Counted from the first letter of the stretch, positions 1-10,495 are shown. The stretch: DNA of 64,000 bases from Candidatus Heimdallarchaeota archaeon (GCA_020353515.1 CP070695.1:2514055-2578054); one strand, 5' to 3'. The notes: generated from the sequence alone by a model not told the origin. Made by a program: numbers and translations.

Positions 1-97
1 AAGTCACTAGGAACAAGAGTACAAATAATGCAATGAATGTAATATGTAAGTTCAGATCTATGCCATTTATACTAATAATTTTGTATGAATACTTCAT
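1..97 (-). CDS. 5' end of a probable site-2 protease (M50) family protein, runs off the window edge
   Basis: Manual translation from ATG at 97: MKYSYKIISINGIDLNLHITFIALFVLLFLVT, resembling the 'G(I)xLxLHxTF' N-terminus of M50/SpoIVFB-like proteases. Confidence 0.55.
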   Translation of the reverse strand, partial: MKYSYKIISINGIDLNLHITFIALFVLLFLVT

Positions 98-211
98 TCT
101 TCTTCAAAGCTAAGTAGTTAACAATTGTTAATAAGCTTATTTATACTCCTTTCGTAATCTTAACTTGACAATTCACTTGTGACTCACTTTAAGAATTTAG
201 GAGGCAATGTG

Positions 212-505
212 TCAAGGAATAAATTTTGTCATTTTGGTTAAAAGACTCATCAACCTCTCCAGATCAATAACCATCATATCTAGCATGGCTAGTCTGGCTA
301 TAATAGCATAAAGATCGGGTTTTCGAGGATCATTGTAAGAATGTGTTTTTAGTTTAACTTCCCAGAGATTACGTTTTGCTTTGTATTTCCCTAATAAATC
401 CACTAACTCTTCAATTATTTTAGGGATCTTCTGTTCAGGAATATCAGATGCATGAATACTAACTATCTCACTACTTTCTTTCAATCCATTACTTTTGAAC
501 ATCAA
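212..505 (-). CDS. hypothetical protein (helical)
   Basis: 97-aa ORF, no recognisable motif. Confidence 0.55.
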   Translation of the reverse strand: MMFKSNGLKESSEIVSIHASDIPEQKIPKIIEELVDLLGKYKAKRNLWEVKLKTHSYNDPRKPDLYAIIARLAMLDMMVIDLERLMSLLTKMTKFIP

Positions 506-680
506 TTTCTACTCTTGAGTAAATATAGGTGTATTCCCTTAAAAAGATCACTGTAACGAACATCAGCAACATTTTATATCTTCATATCAATACTTATAAT
601 CTTGGTTTTACGGGAAACTACTGGTTTTATCAGGATTAAAGACGATCTTGACAAATGGATTAGCAAACTAGGAAGATGTT

Positions 681-1643
681 ATGTCACTGTTTTTTATTTT
701 TTCGACCAGAAAAGAATTGGATGACTTTTTAATTGAAACAATTATTACTTTAGCCAGGTATGAACAACCAATATTCTATGTCTTCCTTTTCGTCTTTTCA
801 ATCTTCTCGGTTCCTGCTTTAAGCCTTAGTTTCATTGGTGAACATGCTACATCAATGGAAATGATGACAGATCCAAAATTTATTCTCTTTATAATGGTCT
901 TTGTTGATGGACTGTTATTTTGTTCATATATTTTAACAAACAAGAACCATAAAAGACTATATTGGTACCTTGCTATTCCAATTCTTCTGATTACTTATGG
1001 TCTCATCATTCTGGCTTTATTCATGTTTTATATCCTTATACTTCCTCAGCAAGACTTGGAAATATGGAGTGTCCTTCTATTTTTACCCCCAGTCATTATG
1101 ACAGTTGGAATTAGTAGCTTTTTAAGAAGTCTTGACATCTTTCAAAGGGAATATACCCCTCTCCTATCAGCAATTGTATTTATTATCCTTTTAATTTTTA
1201 TCTTTGGGTTGTATTACGCAGGACAGTTCTTATTAATAATACTATTATTTTTAACTATTGATATTGCGAATATAGAAATCAGGAATAACATTGTGTATGG
1301 TTTACTTCTGTCCTTAAATGTCGTCATTGTTTTGTTTTCCATCAAGGACTGTTCAAGACTTTTTCCAACAAAAAAACGCTTAGTATATGTAGTAATCAAC
1401 ATAACCATTGCAATAACTGTTGTACTATCCTTGATAGGGGGAAATAATCAACTAGATTTATTAGGATCGTTAATCATACCTTTATGGTTTATGACAAACA
1501 TTGGGAACTCCATAATACTCACACTGATTTTATTTTACGCCATCAAAAGTTCAGCATCACGCTTCAAGGAATATAAAGAGACCTCAGAAACAGAATTGCC
1601 AAAGCATATTAAGAAAGTCTTCACGACTTATGATGTACTCTGA
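681..1643 (+). CDS. hypothetical polytopic membrane protein
   Basis: 320 aa with ~8-9 hydrophobic segments. Confidence 0.75.
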   Translation: MSLFFIFSTRKELDDFLIETIITLARYEQPIFYVFLFVFSIFSVPALSLSFIGEHATSMEMMTDPKFILFIMVFVDGLLFCSYILTNKNHKRLYWYLAIPILLITYGLIILALFMFYILILPQQDLEIWSVLLFLPPVIMTVGISSFLRSLDIFQREYTPLLSAIVFIILLIFIFGLYYAGQFLLIILLFLTIDIANIEIRNNIVYGLLLSLNVVIVLFSIKDCSRLFPTKKRLVYVVINITIAITVVLSLIGGNNQLDLLGSLIIPLWFMTNIGNSIILTLILFYAIKSSASRFKEYKETSETELPKHIKKVFTTYDVL

Positions 1644-1646
1644 AAC

Positions 1647-2243
1647 TTAACCTTGTTTAATATGTGGAATAATATCAGCTAATTCAGTAAACTCATCAGC
1701 TTGAGTTTTTAGCTCATGTGCTAGTAAAGGAGGATCTGATTTTTCAGTGCTTACCACATGGACATGTTTGTTACGTTTTTGAAGTTCAGAAACGCATCTG
1801 GTAAAGTCACCGTCTCCCGAAAATAGAATAGCAATATCATATTGATCTAGAGTAAGTAACATATCAACAGCGAGGTCCACATCCATATTTCCCTTGATAA
1901 AAGAATGAGATATCTTTTTCACTTCTTTAGTTACAACAGAGAATCCATTATGCCTCAACCAATCAATAATTTTCATAATGAAGCCTTCTGAGGGATCATA
2001 TGCAGAATAATAAAAAGCTTTGAATAAGTGCATTTCATTGGAAACGAAATAGTTTTTCAGACGTAGAAAATCAACCTTAAATCCCAAGTTTTTGGTAGCA
2101 TGATATAAATTCCCTCCATCAATGAACAACGCAACCCGAGAAGTTTTAGCCTGTTCAGGAAGGGATTCTTGATAAGAGTGCTTTTTTCTACAATAAGGGC
2201 AAATACAATCAGGTTTCATTTGTCTCAGACATCTTCTGTCCAA
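1647..2243 (-). CDS. NYN-domain (LabA/DUF88, PIN-like) protein with N-terminal Cys/His cluster
   Basis: FIDGGNLY, KGNMDVDLAVD and LFSGDGDF motifs; N-terminal CICPYCRKKH. Confidence 0.9.
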   Translation of the reverse strand: MDRRCLRQMKPDCICPYCRKKHSYQESLPEQAKTSRVALFIDGGNLYHATKNLGFKVDFLRLKNYFVSNEMHLFKAFYYSAYDPSEGFIMKIIDWLRHNGFSVVTKEVKKISHSFIKGNMDVDLAVDMLLTLDQYDIAILFSGDGDFTRCVSELQKRNKHVHVVSTEKSDPPLLAHELKTQADEFTELADIIPHIKQG

Positions 2244-2509
2244 AAGAGTTTTTAAAATAATTCAAGAAAAAAAATAGTGAAAAAATGCTATAGAATAACT
2301 CCAAAGGTTGTTCTGATTAAACAAATCCCAACTATTTCATTTATTCTTATTATAATAAATCAAGATTCCTTGAATAAATCTATTTCACCACGAATATGAA
2401 AGTAATTCATTTTATTTTCTTTAATATTGGCTACTTCTACAAGTCTATTACGAAATTCGTATAAATCCGGAGAATTTATTCAGATAATGTTATGATTCAT
2501 CTTTCCTGA

Positions 2510-3172
2510 GTGGGATTAAGACACACGACTAGGGAAACTAGATATTTGATCGTTCTTAAAATTGTACTTATTGGTGATGGTGGGGTCGGTAAAACGGCCA
2601 TTCGTGAATCTTACCTTGGACATGGTTTTGAATCCCAATATGTGATGACTATTGGTGCCGATTTTGCCATGCAAGATGATATCGTAAATGGAAGGAAATT
2701 AAGATATCAAATTTGGGATTTAGCAGGTCAAGACCGATTTGACGGTGTCAGAAATGTCTATTACAGGGGAGCAAAAGGTTCACTTCTCATTTTTGATGTG
2801 ACGAGACCTGATTCTTATTTCAATATCCCAAAATGGGTAAAGGAACTCTGGGGATTTAATGGACAAGGTAAAATACCTATTGTCTTAGTAGCTAACAAAA
2901 TAGACTTACGAGAGTTGTCAGATGGGGAAATAATAAGTCCTGATCAAGGGAGAAAGATGGCTGAGAAACTCACCAAGCTGACCTCAAAAGAAGGATTTGC
3001 TTGTCACTACATTGAAACATCTGCTAAAACAGGAGTTAAGATCCAAGACGCATTCTCTCTGCTTAGTGAGAATGTTATGAATCTGGCAGAAAAACGGGGC
3101 CTACTTAAACTGAAATCAAGTCGTCCGAAGTCATCTTTGGAACGACAATCAATAGTTAAACAATTACAGTAG
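2510..3172 (+). CDS. Rab-like small GTPase (true start possibly TTG at 2546)
   Basis: G1 GDGGVGKT, G2 TIGADF, G3 WDLAGQ, G4 NKID, G5 ETSAK; no C-terminal Cys. Confidence 0.93.
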   Translation: MGLRHTTRETRYLIVLKIVLIGDGGVGKTAIRESYLGHGFESQYVMTIGADFAMQDDIVNGRKLRYQIWDLAGQDRFDGVRNVYYRGAKGSLLIFDVTRPDSYFNIPKWVKELWGFNGQGKIPIVLVANKIDLRELSDGEIISPDQGRKMAEKLTKLTSKEGFACHYIETSAKTGVKIQDAFSLLSENVMNLAEKRGLLKLKSSRPKSSLERQSIVKQLQ

Positions 3173-3231
3173 AATTTAGTTCAATATGCTTTTCAAACCT
3201 GCAAACATTGGTTAGGGAGGATTCAACATTT

Positions 3232-4269
3232 TCAAGCGAAGAAGCGGACTCCAAGTCCAAGAGTAATTCCGATGACAACAGTTACAGTGTAGAACGAAAA
3301 AGCAAACACGCTTAAGTTCAAATGCCATGATTTCTGCTTTGTCATCCCTTTAACTTTAAGTAACCCTGTTATTCCTGTACCTATCAGTCCTATCATACTC
3401 AAGAGAGCTATTATACCATGAAGTGAATAGAACACAGTCCCTTTGAGGGAAAATGTCTGAATTATCCAGTAAACGAAAGTTCCCATCGCAGCTATCAGAT
3501 AAGCAGCTGTTAAAAAAAAATGAACCTTCCTGCTCTCAATAAAGTCAGGTAAATCCACACTATCCATCTTTCCTACCCTTCTCAGACCAGATACGATTGA
3601 AAATCCCCCTAACAGGAATGTTATTGAAAACAAAGTCGCATGAAGAACCCAATCTTTCAATGAAGTATAACTGGCATCATCGCTCCATCCACGTGTTTCC
3701 CAGAAACCTCGGTAATTATAATCAACGATTTTTATCTCATAAACCCACATAACCCACTTGTACCCAGCATGTCCTGGAGCGACTACTCTTACAGGAAAGC
3801 CTTGATTAACTGGTAAGGTTTCACCGTTCATCTCAAATGCTAAAAGCACATCACTCTTGGTCGCTTCCTCAATAGTTAACGAGGAGGAATACCCATCCCA
3901 CGCTCTGAAAATAACATCCACAGCCCCGTCTTTAACTTGGGCCAGGTCCAATATCTCACGGACTCGTATTCCACGCCATTCCGCTGTTCCTGAATATCCC
4001 TCCACACACCTAATGGTAGCAATTTCCATTTTAGACTGTTGTGTAGTAAAATTTTCATAAGTAAACACTAAGGGGGATTGAACGTGGCCAAAAACGCTCA
4101 GTGTCCACGTGGTAACATTGATTTGAGGGGGTGGGCTAATTGAATTAGTGAAAAACTCATCGTTTGGTGTTATCTGGGTTTGTTTACTTACAATATACCC
4201 AACAGCGATCAATGGAAGTGAAAATAGAAATATTAAGAATAGAGAATTTATGACAACCCGGTTCATCAC
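3232..4269 (-). CDS. sulfite-oxidase/MsrP-like molybdopterin oxidoreductase fused to a C-terminal 4-TM cytochrome b561-like domain
   Basis: IRCVEG Mo-ligand Cys, GYSSSL, GFPVRVVAPGHAGYKWVMWV, GFWETRGW; four TM helices each carrying one His. Confidence 0.8.
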   Translation of the reverse strand: MMNRVVINSLFLIFLFSLPLIAVGYIVSKQTQITPNDEFFTNSISPPPQINVTTWTLSVFGHVQSPLVFTYENFTTQQSKMEIATIRCVEGYSGTAEWRGIRVREILDLAQVKDGAVDVIFRAWDGYSSSLTIEEATKSDVLLAFEMNGETLPVNQGFPVRVVAPGHAGYKWVMWVYEIKIVDYNYRGFWETRGWSDDASYTSLKDWVLHATLFSITFLLGGFSIVSGLRRVGKMDSVDLPDFIESRKVHFFLTAAYLIAAMGTFVYWIIQTFSLKGTVFYSLHGIIALLSMIGLIGTGITGLLKVKGMTKQKSWHLNLSVFAFSFYTVTVVIGITLGLGVRFFA

Positions 4270-4446
4270 TCTGACCTCTCATTAGCGGGGGAGTCACCAT
4301 TCTGACACTTCAAAGTATTTGTCATACGAGAAAAGAAACAGACGATTTTTAATTTGTTCTTATTTTGCTAAAATCATCCCCACTTGATTGCTGTATTTTC
4401 AGATTTAGTCTATTTGCCTCTTAAATCCTCACAATTAGTTATAAGA

Positions 4447-5011
4447 TTAATAAGTATCTTTATTTTTGTTCCACCAGTCTAACCATTTAATTCGACTTGC
4501 ATCGCGATTTTTCTTCTTGAGACCAGCAACAAAATACCCTCCTTTACCCAATTCCCGTTTAACCAAGTAAATCTGACCCGTATGTCCTAAGAAGTGGAAA
4601 GAAATTCTTTGAATTAATTCGTTTAGTGTTTCAGTATTTCTCTTTTCGTTATGTTCTGGTAATTCCATGAATTTTTCTTCTGATAAATTGTTTAAATAAT
4701 TAATACTTGTAGTAGAGAATTCTAAGAAAGTATCGATTAGTTCTTTGTAGGTCAGAGGAAATGTTCTTTCTTTTTCTCTCTCTAATCCAGAGGTAAAATA
4801 ATCTCGGAATTCCTGACTTAGCTTTCTTTCACCTAAACATAAATAATTTAAAATAGAATCCATTTACATAGTTAGGTGACCAATAATCCATCGAATTGGA
4901 TTAAGCTTCGGTGTTATCTGTTTCTCTTTTCGATTTCAATCGAAAAATTGCCTTTAAAACGTTCCATTCTGCAATTTCAAAAGTTTCAATGACAAAAGTC
5001 TTGGAATTCAA
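4447..5011 (-). pseudogene. DinB-family protein, disrupted by a frameshift and an in-frame TAA
   Basis: TTG start at 5011 with GGGAG SD; frameshift near 4925-4940; NPIRWIIGHL motif followed by TAA at 4864-4866, in frame with the 138-aa ORF carrying HFLGHTGQI. Confidence 0.75.
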
Positions 5012-5031
5012 TTTACTCCCTTTTTTTCTGA

Positions 5032-8000
5032 TCAAGATCTCCTAGGTCTCTGTACCAAGTAAAAAACGATAGAAATCGCGAATAGAATAACAATCCCAAA
5101 AGGTACATTCCATGAAGGAAGATGGTCTAGATTGAAATCGGAGCTTTCTCTGGTAGTCGAAGTTTCAGAATCTATCCAAGATTGCCACCACTCAAAATCA
5201 TTAAAATAATATTCTCGACTTTCATATATCCACCCTGAGTCTGAAAAACAAAGATTATCGGCTGAATCATAGATATTAATAGACTGGATACGAGCGCGAA
5301 GAAAGTTATATTGATCACTGAAATAAAAAGATGTTGTATCAATGGGTACAATAATGGAAATATCGACACCTTCCTCGAGATATTCGATGATAGAAGTATA
5401 CATGTAATGACTATTCCAATTATAATCATCCCACATGGTCAGTTCAATCTCTACGTCTATTCTATAGGTGTCTGTTTCGGTAACATTTATTCCAATGTAA
5501 AAACGCAGCTCCTCAAATTCACCGTCACTATCAGTACTCTCACCTCTATCAATGAAGGTATTTGTTAATAAGATAGGAGGAGTATCAAACAAGTTTCTAT
5601 TGTATGTTTTCGTGATGTATGAAGTTACGGAGCGGTCGAGTAGGTTATAGAACCAATTGTAAATTCTCACATTCTCAATAATAAAGTATGTGCTATCGAA
5701 AAGAGGGTATAAAAAAATTGTATCAATAGAAAGAGATATGTTTTCAATTCCTACTTGAAAAAATACGTCAAAGGATTGCCACTCTGAGTACTCCCAGTGA
5801 CGTGAACGTATATAAAATTCAATGTGGTATTGTCCTGATCGAGTAACATTTGTCTCTAACTCAAACGTTAACGAATCATAGTTGCCATTAGAATCTGTGT
5901 CAGCCCCAGAATCCCAAAAATTTCCTGTTAATATAACCCCTGGACGATCAAATTCCGAAAATTTGTATTGGCGAGTAATATACGGACGATTAACATGATC
6001 GACTTCTCCCCATGTGTTCAAAACTGATATATGATCAATAATAAACGCAGTATCTAATCTTAGGGAGTAAGGGAGGGTGGTATATAACTGAACTGATATA
6101 TTATAAATACCCCAATCATACACATCAGTTTCAGAAGCCCCCCAGAAGTTTGAATCCCAGACAGGGATATAGGGTACTACTGAAATCTCAATCCTGTAAG
6201 AATCCTCTTGAGTTATGTTAACTTCTACATCAATGATTATTTCATCAAACTTCCCATCCTCATCTGTATCTATTCCTCTATCCCAATAGTTACCTGTTAG
6301 AAAGGCAGGGGGAGGATTGAACTCTGTATAGCTAAAAGCTCTTGAAATATAATTAAGATACCCCTCATCAACAACATTCCAATAGTAATATTCTTCGCGG
6401 ATGATTCTACTGTCGGTTAACATAAAAGAGCTATTCACCCGAAAACGGTAGATAATAGACCCGTCAATCTCAAAGGAAATCCAATGTAATCCTTCATTCA
6501 GAAATAGGTACTGATTATCCCAGAAATCAAATCCACCTTCAACTTGTTCGAGTCGAATCTCTATTCTATAATTACCTGAACTAGAGACATTAATCTCTAT
6601 ATCAAACGCGAGTACTTCAAATTTACTATTGGATTCATAGTCAATTCCTCTTGTCCAGAGGTTCCCTGTAAACCAAGCATCAGGAAGATCAAATTCTGTA
6701 TAATTATAGATACGAGTAGTATAAGGAAGGAAGACTTCATCTAATGTATTATAATTCTCATCTCTAATTCGTAAGTGGTCAATTGCAAAGGTACTATTAG
6801 TACGATACGAATGGACTAACATTGTATCAAAAGAAAGGGTGATATTATGTATTCCCCTAATCCAATAGTCACTATACTCTGTGTATTGATCCCAATATCC
6901 CTGATCTAGATCAGGAAGAAATAATCTCATATAAAGAGTATAGCTCCCAGTACTTGTAATATTTACCTCAAGACCAATTTGAATTTGATCAAATTTCCCG
7001 TCAGAATCAGAATCCAATCCAGAATCCCAGAAGTTACCTGTTGCGAAAGCTCGTGGGATATCGAATTCAGTATAATTATATGCACGGGTAGTATATGCGT
7101 AGGAGGCTTCCTCCATCAGACCATTATCCTCATTTCTAATCCGTACGTATTCAACTTCAAAGGAAATGCTATTATTACGAAGCGAATATACTAAGCTAGC
7201 GTCAAAAATCAAGGACACATTATGGAAACCCTCATTCCAATAGGCACCATGGTTTGCCCAATTACTCCAACCTACACGATCATTATTTGATGCTATTAAA
7301 TGCATATTTAGCCAGTAATTACCTGTGAGAGTGATATTAACCTCAGTTTTTATTACTAATTGGTCAAATTTCCCATCAAAATCAGTATCAACTCCCCAAT
7401 CCCAGTAATTGCCTGTTAAAAATTTACGAGAAGTTACGTGGATTTCTACCGAGTAAGAATTAATAGTTTGTAGACCGATCAAAAATTGCATGTCAATTCC
7501 GTAGAATTGGAATCTCACACTTACATTAAGAGGACCATCAACATGATCCTCTGGAATATCTAACCTTATAACAATTGAAGTGTCCTCTGGTGTTAAGAAT
7601 TCCCCCCAGTTTATAACTTGACCATCCGCGAATGGTGTTGAGGAGTCAAGGTTCATTGCCAGATTACAGTATCCAGGATCTTTGATTTCGACTGTAAATT
7701 CAAAAATAATGTCATCAAATACCCCATCATTGTCAGTATCGTTTCCATAGTCAGATATCCCCGTTATTTTTGCATTTGGTACTTCGAAAGCACTTGCATC
7801 ATAATCCTGAGATGTTTTGTAAGAAAAAAGCATTTGCAAATCTTCGATACCATACCACCAATAATGTCGAAAGGTTCCAACCCAAACGTAATAGGAGCCA
7901 TTTGTACCGATTTGATTAATAGCTTGACCTGAGAAGGAGAGGAGAATCTCATTCCCGATATCCCAGCGGTAAAGGATAGAAATCCCCAATAAATTCCCCT

Positions 8001-8304
8001 CACTGTCATTTAAGACGCCATAAACACCGAACTCACGATCTGTTGATTTAGGGATGCCCAAATAGATGATCAAACGGTCATAATAGCCATTACGATCGTC
8101 ATCAACAGGATAATCAGTCCAAGAACTATTGTCAGGTAGAAACTCAGTACTGGACTGACTAACTAAAGAGGAAATTTCTGATACATTCCCTGTGGTCTTA
8201 GATATACTCCCTTCCATTTGATAAGGATCACTCAAACTTCTTAAATTCAGCCCTAGTATAAAAAATAGACCAAGTACAACTCCTATCCGTTTAAGACTGG
8301 CCAT
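5032..8304 (-). CDS. large secreted, C-terminally anchored surface protein with ~8 repeats containing DxDxDG loops
   Basis: Signal peptide; repeats of TGN(Y/F)WDxGxDTDxDGKFD...EVN(I/V)T; C-terminal TM plus RPRRS. Confidence 0.85.
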   Translation of the reverse strand: MASLKRIGVVLGLFFILGLNLRSLSDPYQMEGSISKTTGNVSEISSLVSQSSTEFLPDNSSWTDYPVDDDRNGYYDRLIIYLGIPKSTDREFGVYGVLNDSEGNLLGISILYRWDIGNEILLSFSGQAINQIGTNGSYYVWVGTFRHYWWYGIEDLQMLFSYKTSQDYDASAFEVPNAKITGISDYGNDTDNDGVFDDIIFEFTVEIKDPGYCNLAMNLDSSTPFADGQVINWGEFLTPEDTSIVIRLDIPEDHVDGPLNVSVRFQFYGIDMQFLIGLQTINSYSVEIHVTSRKFLTGNYWDWGVDTDFDGKFDQLVIKTEVNITLTGNYWLNMHLIASNNDRVGWSNWANHGAYWNEGFHNVSLIFDASLVYSLRNNSISFEVEYVRIRNEDNGLMEEASYAYTTRAYNYTEFDIPRAFATGNFWDSGLDSDSDGKFDQIQIGLEVNITSTGSYTLYMRLFLPDLDQGYWDQYTEYSDYWIRGIHNITLSFDTMLVHSYRTNSTFAIDHLRIRDENYNTLDEVFLPYTTRIYNYTEFDLPDAWFTGNLWTRGIDYESNSKFEVLAFDIEINVSSSGNYRIEIRLEQVEGGFDFWDNQYLFLNEGLHWISFEIDGSIIYRFRVNSSFMLTDSRIIREEYYYWNVVDEGYLNYISRAFSYTEFNPPPAFLTGNYWDRGIDTDEDGKFDEIIIDVEVNITQEDSYRIEISVVPYIPVWDSNFWGASETDVYDWGIYNISVQLYTTLPYSLRLDTAFIIDHISVLNTWGEVDHVNRPYITRQYKFSEFDRPGVILTGNFWDSGADTDSNGNYDSLTFELETNVTRSGQYHIEFYIRSRHWEYSEWQSFDVFFQVGIENISLSIDTIFLYPLFDSTYFIIENVRIYNWFYNLLDRSVTSYITKTYNRNLFDTPPILLTNTFIDRGESTDSDGEFEELRFYIGINVTETDTYRIDVEIELTMWDDYNWNSHYMYTSIIEYLEEGVDISIIVPIDTTSFYFSDQYNFLRARIQSINIYDSADNLCFSDSGWIYESREYYFNDFEWWQSWIDSETSTTRESSDFNLDHLPSWNVPFGIVILFAISIVFYLVQRPRRS

Positions 8305-8552
8305 TTATTTATCACTCAGAATATATTCCAATTTGGTCTATTTTAACATACCCAATATCGGTGGAATTCAATGGATTCTTCTCTAGTTAATAAATTCTAC
8401 CCCCTTAAAATCTTCTTTCAAAGCTTTTTCGAAAATCTAATTTCTTGATAGAAATATAAGCACGACTTATCTGCGAAGGACAAGGAATATCTTCTTCCCA
8501 TCTGATTAACTGACATTTTATCAAAATAAAAACAGACTGACGTTGAGCTGAT

Positions 8553-9611
8553 ATGAATTTTACTCGTACTAACTATGATAAATCCGATATGGTGTTATTT
8601 GGGGGAATAGTCTTCTCAGCTATATTTACTCTAGTGATATGGATATCAGGTTTTGCATTAGATCGGTTTATTCTCGAACCAGATCAAGGTCCAGCTTGGT
8701 ATTATTGGCAGTTACCCAATCCAGTTCTTATAAACCAGTTAATTCTTTGGGTATTGTATTTAGCTCATCAATTGACCGTTTGGGGACTTATTTATTATGG
8801 GTATCAACAATATAAGACAACAGGTAAGAAACCTACTACAAATCTAACTACTTATAACATTTTAATAATCATCGCTAACGTTTTTTTCATTTTTTTACAC
8901 CTTATCGAAACTCAATTGTTCTATGATGGATTAGCTCAAGATGTGCCCATTTGGACTAGTCAAGGATCAGTTATCATTATGCTCGCAGTAATGCTAATAC
9001 TTGAAAACAAACGAAGAGGATATGTGTTTGGAAAGCAAGTTGGGAAACCAATTACTAAAGAAGTTGTTGAGTTCTTCCGATTTGGACACATGTACATTTT
9101 CGCTTGGGCACTTGTTTATACATTTTGGTTCCATCCCATGGATAATGATCCTCAGTTATTAACAGGCTTCTTCTATATGTTTTTACTCTTCACGCAATTA
9201 TCTGTAGCATTTACAAAAAGTCATTTGAATCGAAAGTGGACTGCATTATTAGAAGGATTTGTAGCATTTCATGCAGTTGTAGTAGCTATCAATAACACCT
9301 TAAGTTTTGGTAGCAGCGATATGTGGCCAATGTTTTTGAGTGGCTTTCTCTTTATGGTGGTCGCGACTTATATTTATGGGATTAGGCTAAAGAAAAGAAC
9401 CATCTTAACCATCTCATTTGTCTATATAATTTTCCTAATTTGGATTTATATCCCTGTCCCCTTAGGTTATGGACGTGATATTACTTATCTCTTTCGATTA
9501 GAAGCATTGTGGATTCCAATTATTCTCTATTTACTTGGATTGCTCTTTGCAACGATTATTTTTACCATTCAAAAAGTGAAAAAGGGAAGAAAAATCGAAA
9601 GTGTGTCGTAA
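8553..9611 (+). CDS. polytopic membrane protein of unknown function
   Basis: ~9 TM; PDQGPAWYYWQLP, YDGLAQDVP and YTFWFHPM blocks; several intramembrane His. Confidence 0.75.
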   Translation: MNFTRTNYDKSDMVLFGGIVFSAIFTLVIWISGFALDRFILEPDQGPAWYYWQLPNPVLINQLILWVLYLAHQLTVWGLIYYGYQQYKTTGKKPTTNLTTYNILIIIANVFFIFLHLIETQLFYDGLAQDVPIWTSQGSVIIMLAVMLILENKRRGYVFGKQVGKPITKEVVEFFRFGHMYIFAWALVYTFWFHPMDNDPQLLTGFFYMFLLFTQLSVAFTKSHLNRKWTALLEGFVAFHAVVVAINNTLSFGSSDMWPMFLSGFLFMVVATYIYGIRLKKRTILTISFVYIIFLIWIYIPVPLGYGRDITYLFRLEALWIPIILYLLGLLFATIIFTIQKVKKGRKIESVS

Positions 9612-9643
9612 AAAGAACTATCAACATATCAGTGTCTATATTA

Positions 9644-10354
9644 TTAATTAGTGGTTAAATCGATCAAACATTTCCGTCTTTCCGTAAGGATACCTTCAAG
9701 AATTTCTCGAGTGATCTTTTTCGATGTTTTTACATTATTAGGCATATTATAATAGCGATCTAGATCAAGAGGAGGACCAAAATAAATTCTTACAGGAGTT
9801 TGGAAGTTTAAGCGGAAAAATTTTCCTACAGGAATGATGTTATTCGTTCCATACACGAAGACAGGCACAACTTTCGTTTGAGGGCCTGCTAATTTAGCAA
9901 TCCAGCCAGCACCAACTTTGATTTTATTAATTTGAAATCTTCCTGTTCTTGACCTCCCACCTTCTGGATAAATTCCAACTGATTCACCATTCTTTAACAA
10001 ATTGAGGGAGATACGAATGAATTTTTCTCGTTCTGCTGGCCCTCGTCCGACAGGAAAAGCCAATTCATACTTCGTCCAACGAAACATGATTTTTTTCATG
10101 AAATCCGCTGCTCCTGTAAAACGAATAGCACGTTTAACAGGAAACGCCGCCACAGCTGTAAAAACAGAGTCAACATGACTCAAATGATTGGAAGTGAGCA
10201 ATGTGGGTACTCCTTCAATGGGTAAGTTTTCTTTACCATACACCTTAAACGGAATCGCCCAAAAAAGTAATCTAGCTAAATTCAATAGGAAATAGTGGAT
10301 AAATCGTCTCCGAAATCCAAGTTTCTTTCGTATATTATAGGGCTCCACTATCAA
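9644..10354 (-). CDS. plsC: 1-acyl-sn-glycerol-3-phosphate acyltransferase (PlsC/LPLAT family)
   Basis: NHLSHVD (HX4D) and YPEGGRS motifs. Confidence 0.85.
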   Translation of the reverse strand: MIVEPYNIRKKLGFRRRFIHYFLLNLARLLFWAIPFKVYGKENLPIEGVPTLLTSNHLSHVDSVFTAVAAFPVKRAIRFTGAADFMKKIMFRWTKYELAFPVGRGPAEREKFIRISLNLLKNGESVGIYPEGGRSRTGRFQINKIKVGAGWIAKLAGPQTKVVPVFVYGTNNIIPVGKFFRLNFQTPVRIYFGPPLDLDRYYNMPNNVKTSKKITREILEGILTERRKCLIDLTTN

Positions 10355-10495
10355 ATCCTCAAGACCTGTATTAATTTCAACTGTTTTATTTCTTTTATTC
10401 GATAATTGATTTCTTCACATTTTTTGGCCAAGATTTATACCAATGAAAGTCATTATTCAATTCTAAACCTCATATCCCTAGATTTATCATTAGCT

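Noticed and set aside
5032-8304. Periodic DNA similarity that might suggest a CRISPR array or tandem repeat
   Set aside because: Explained by diverged protein repeats within one ORF; no identical repeat-spacer pattern
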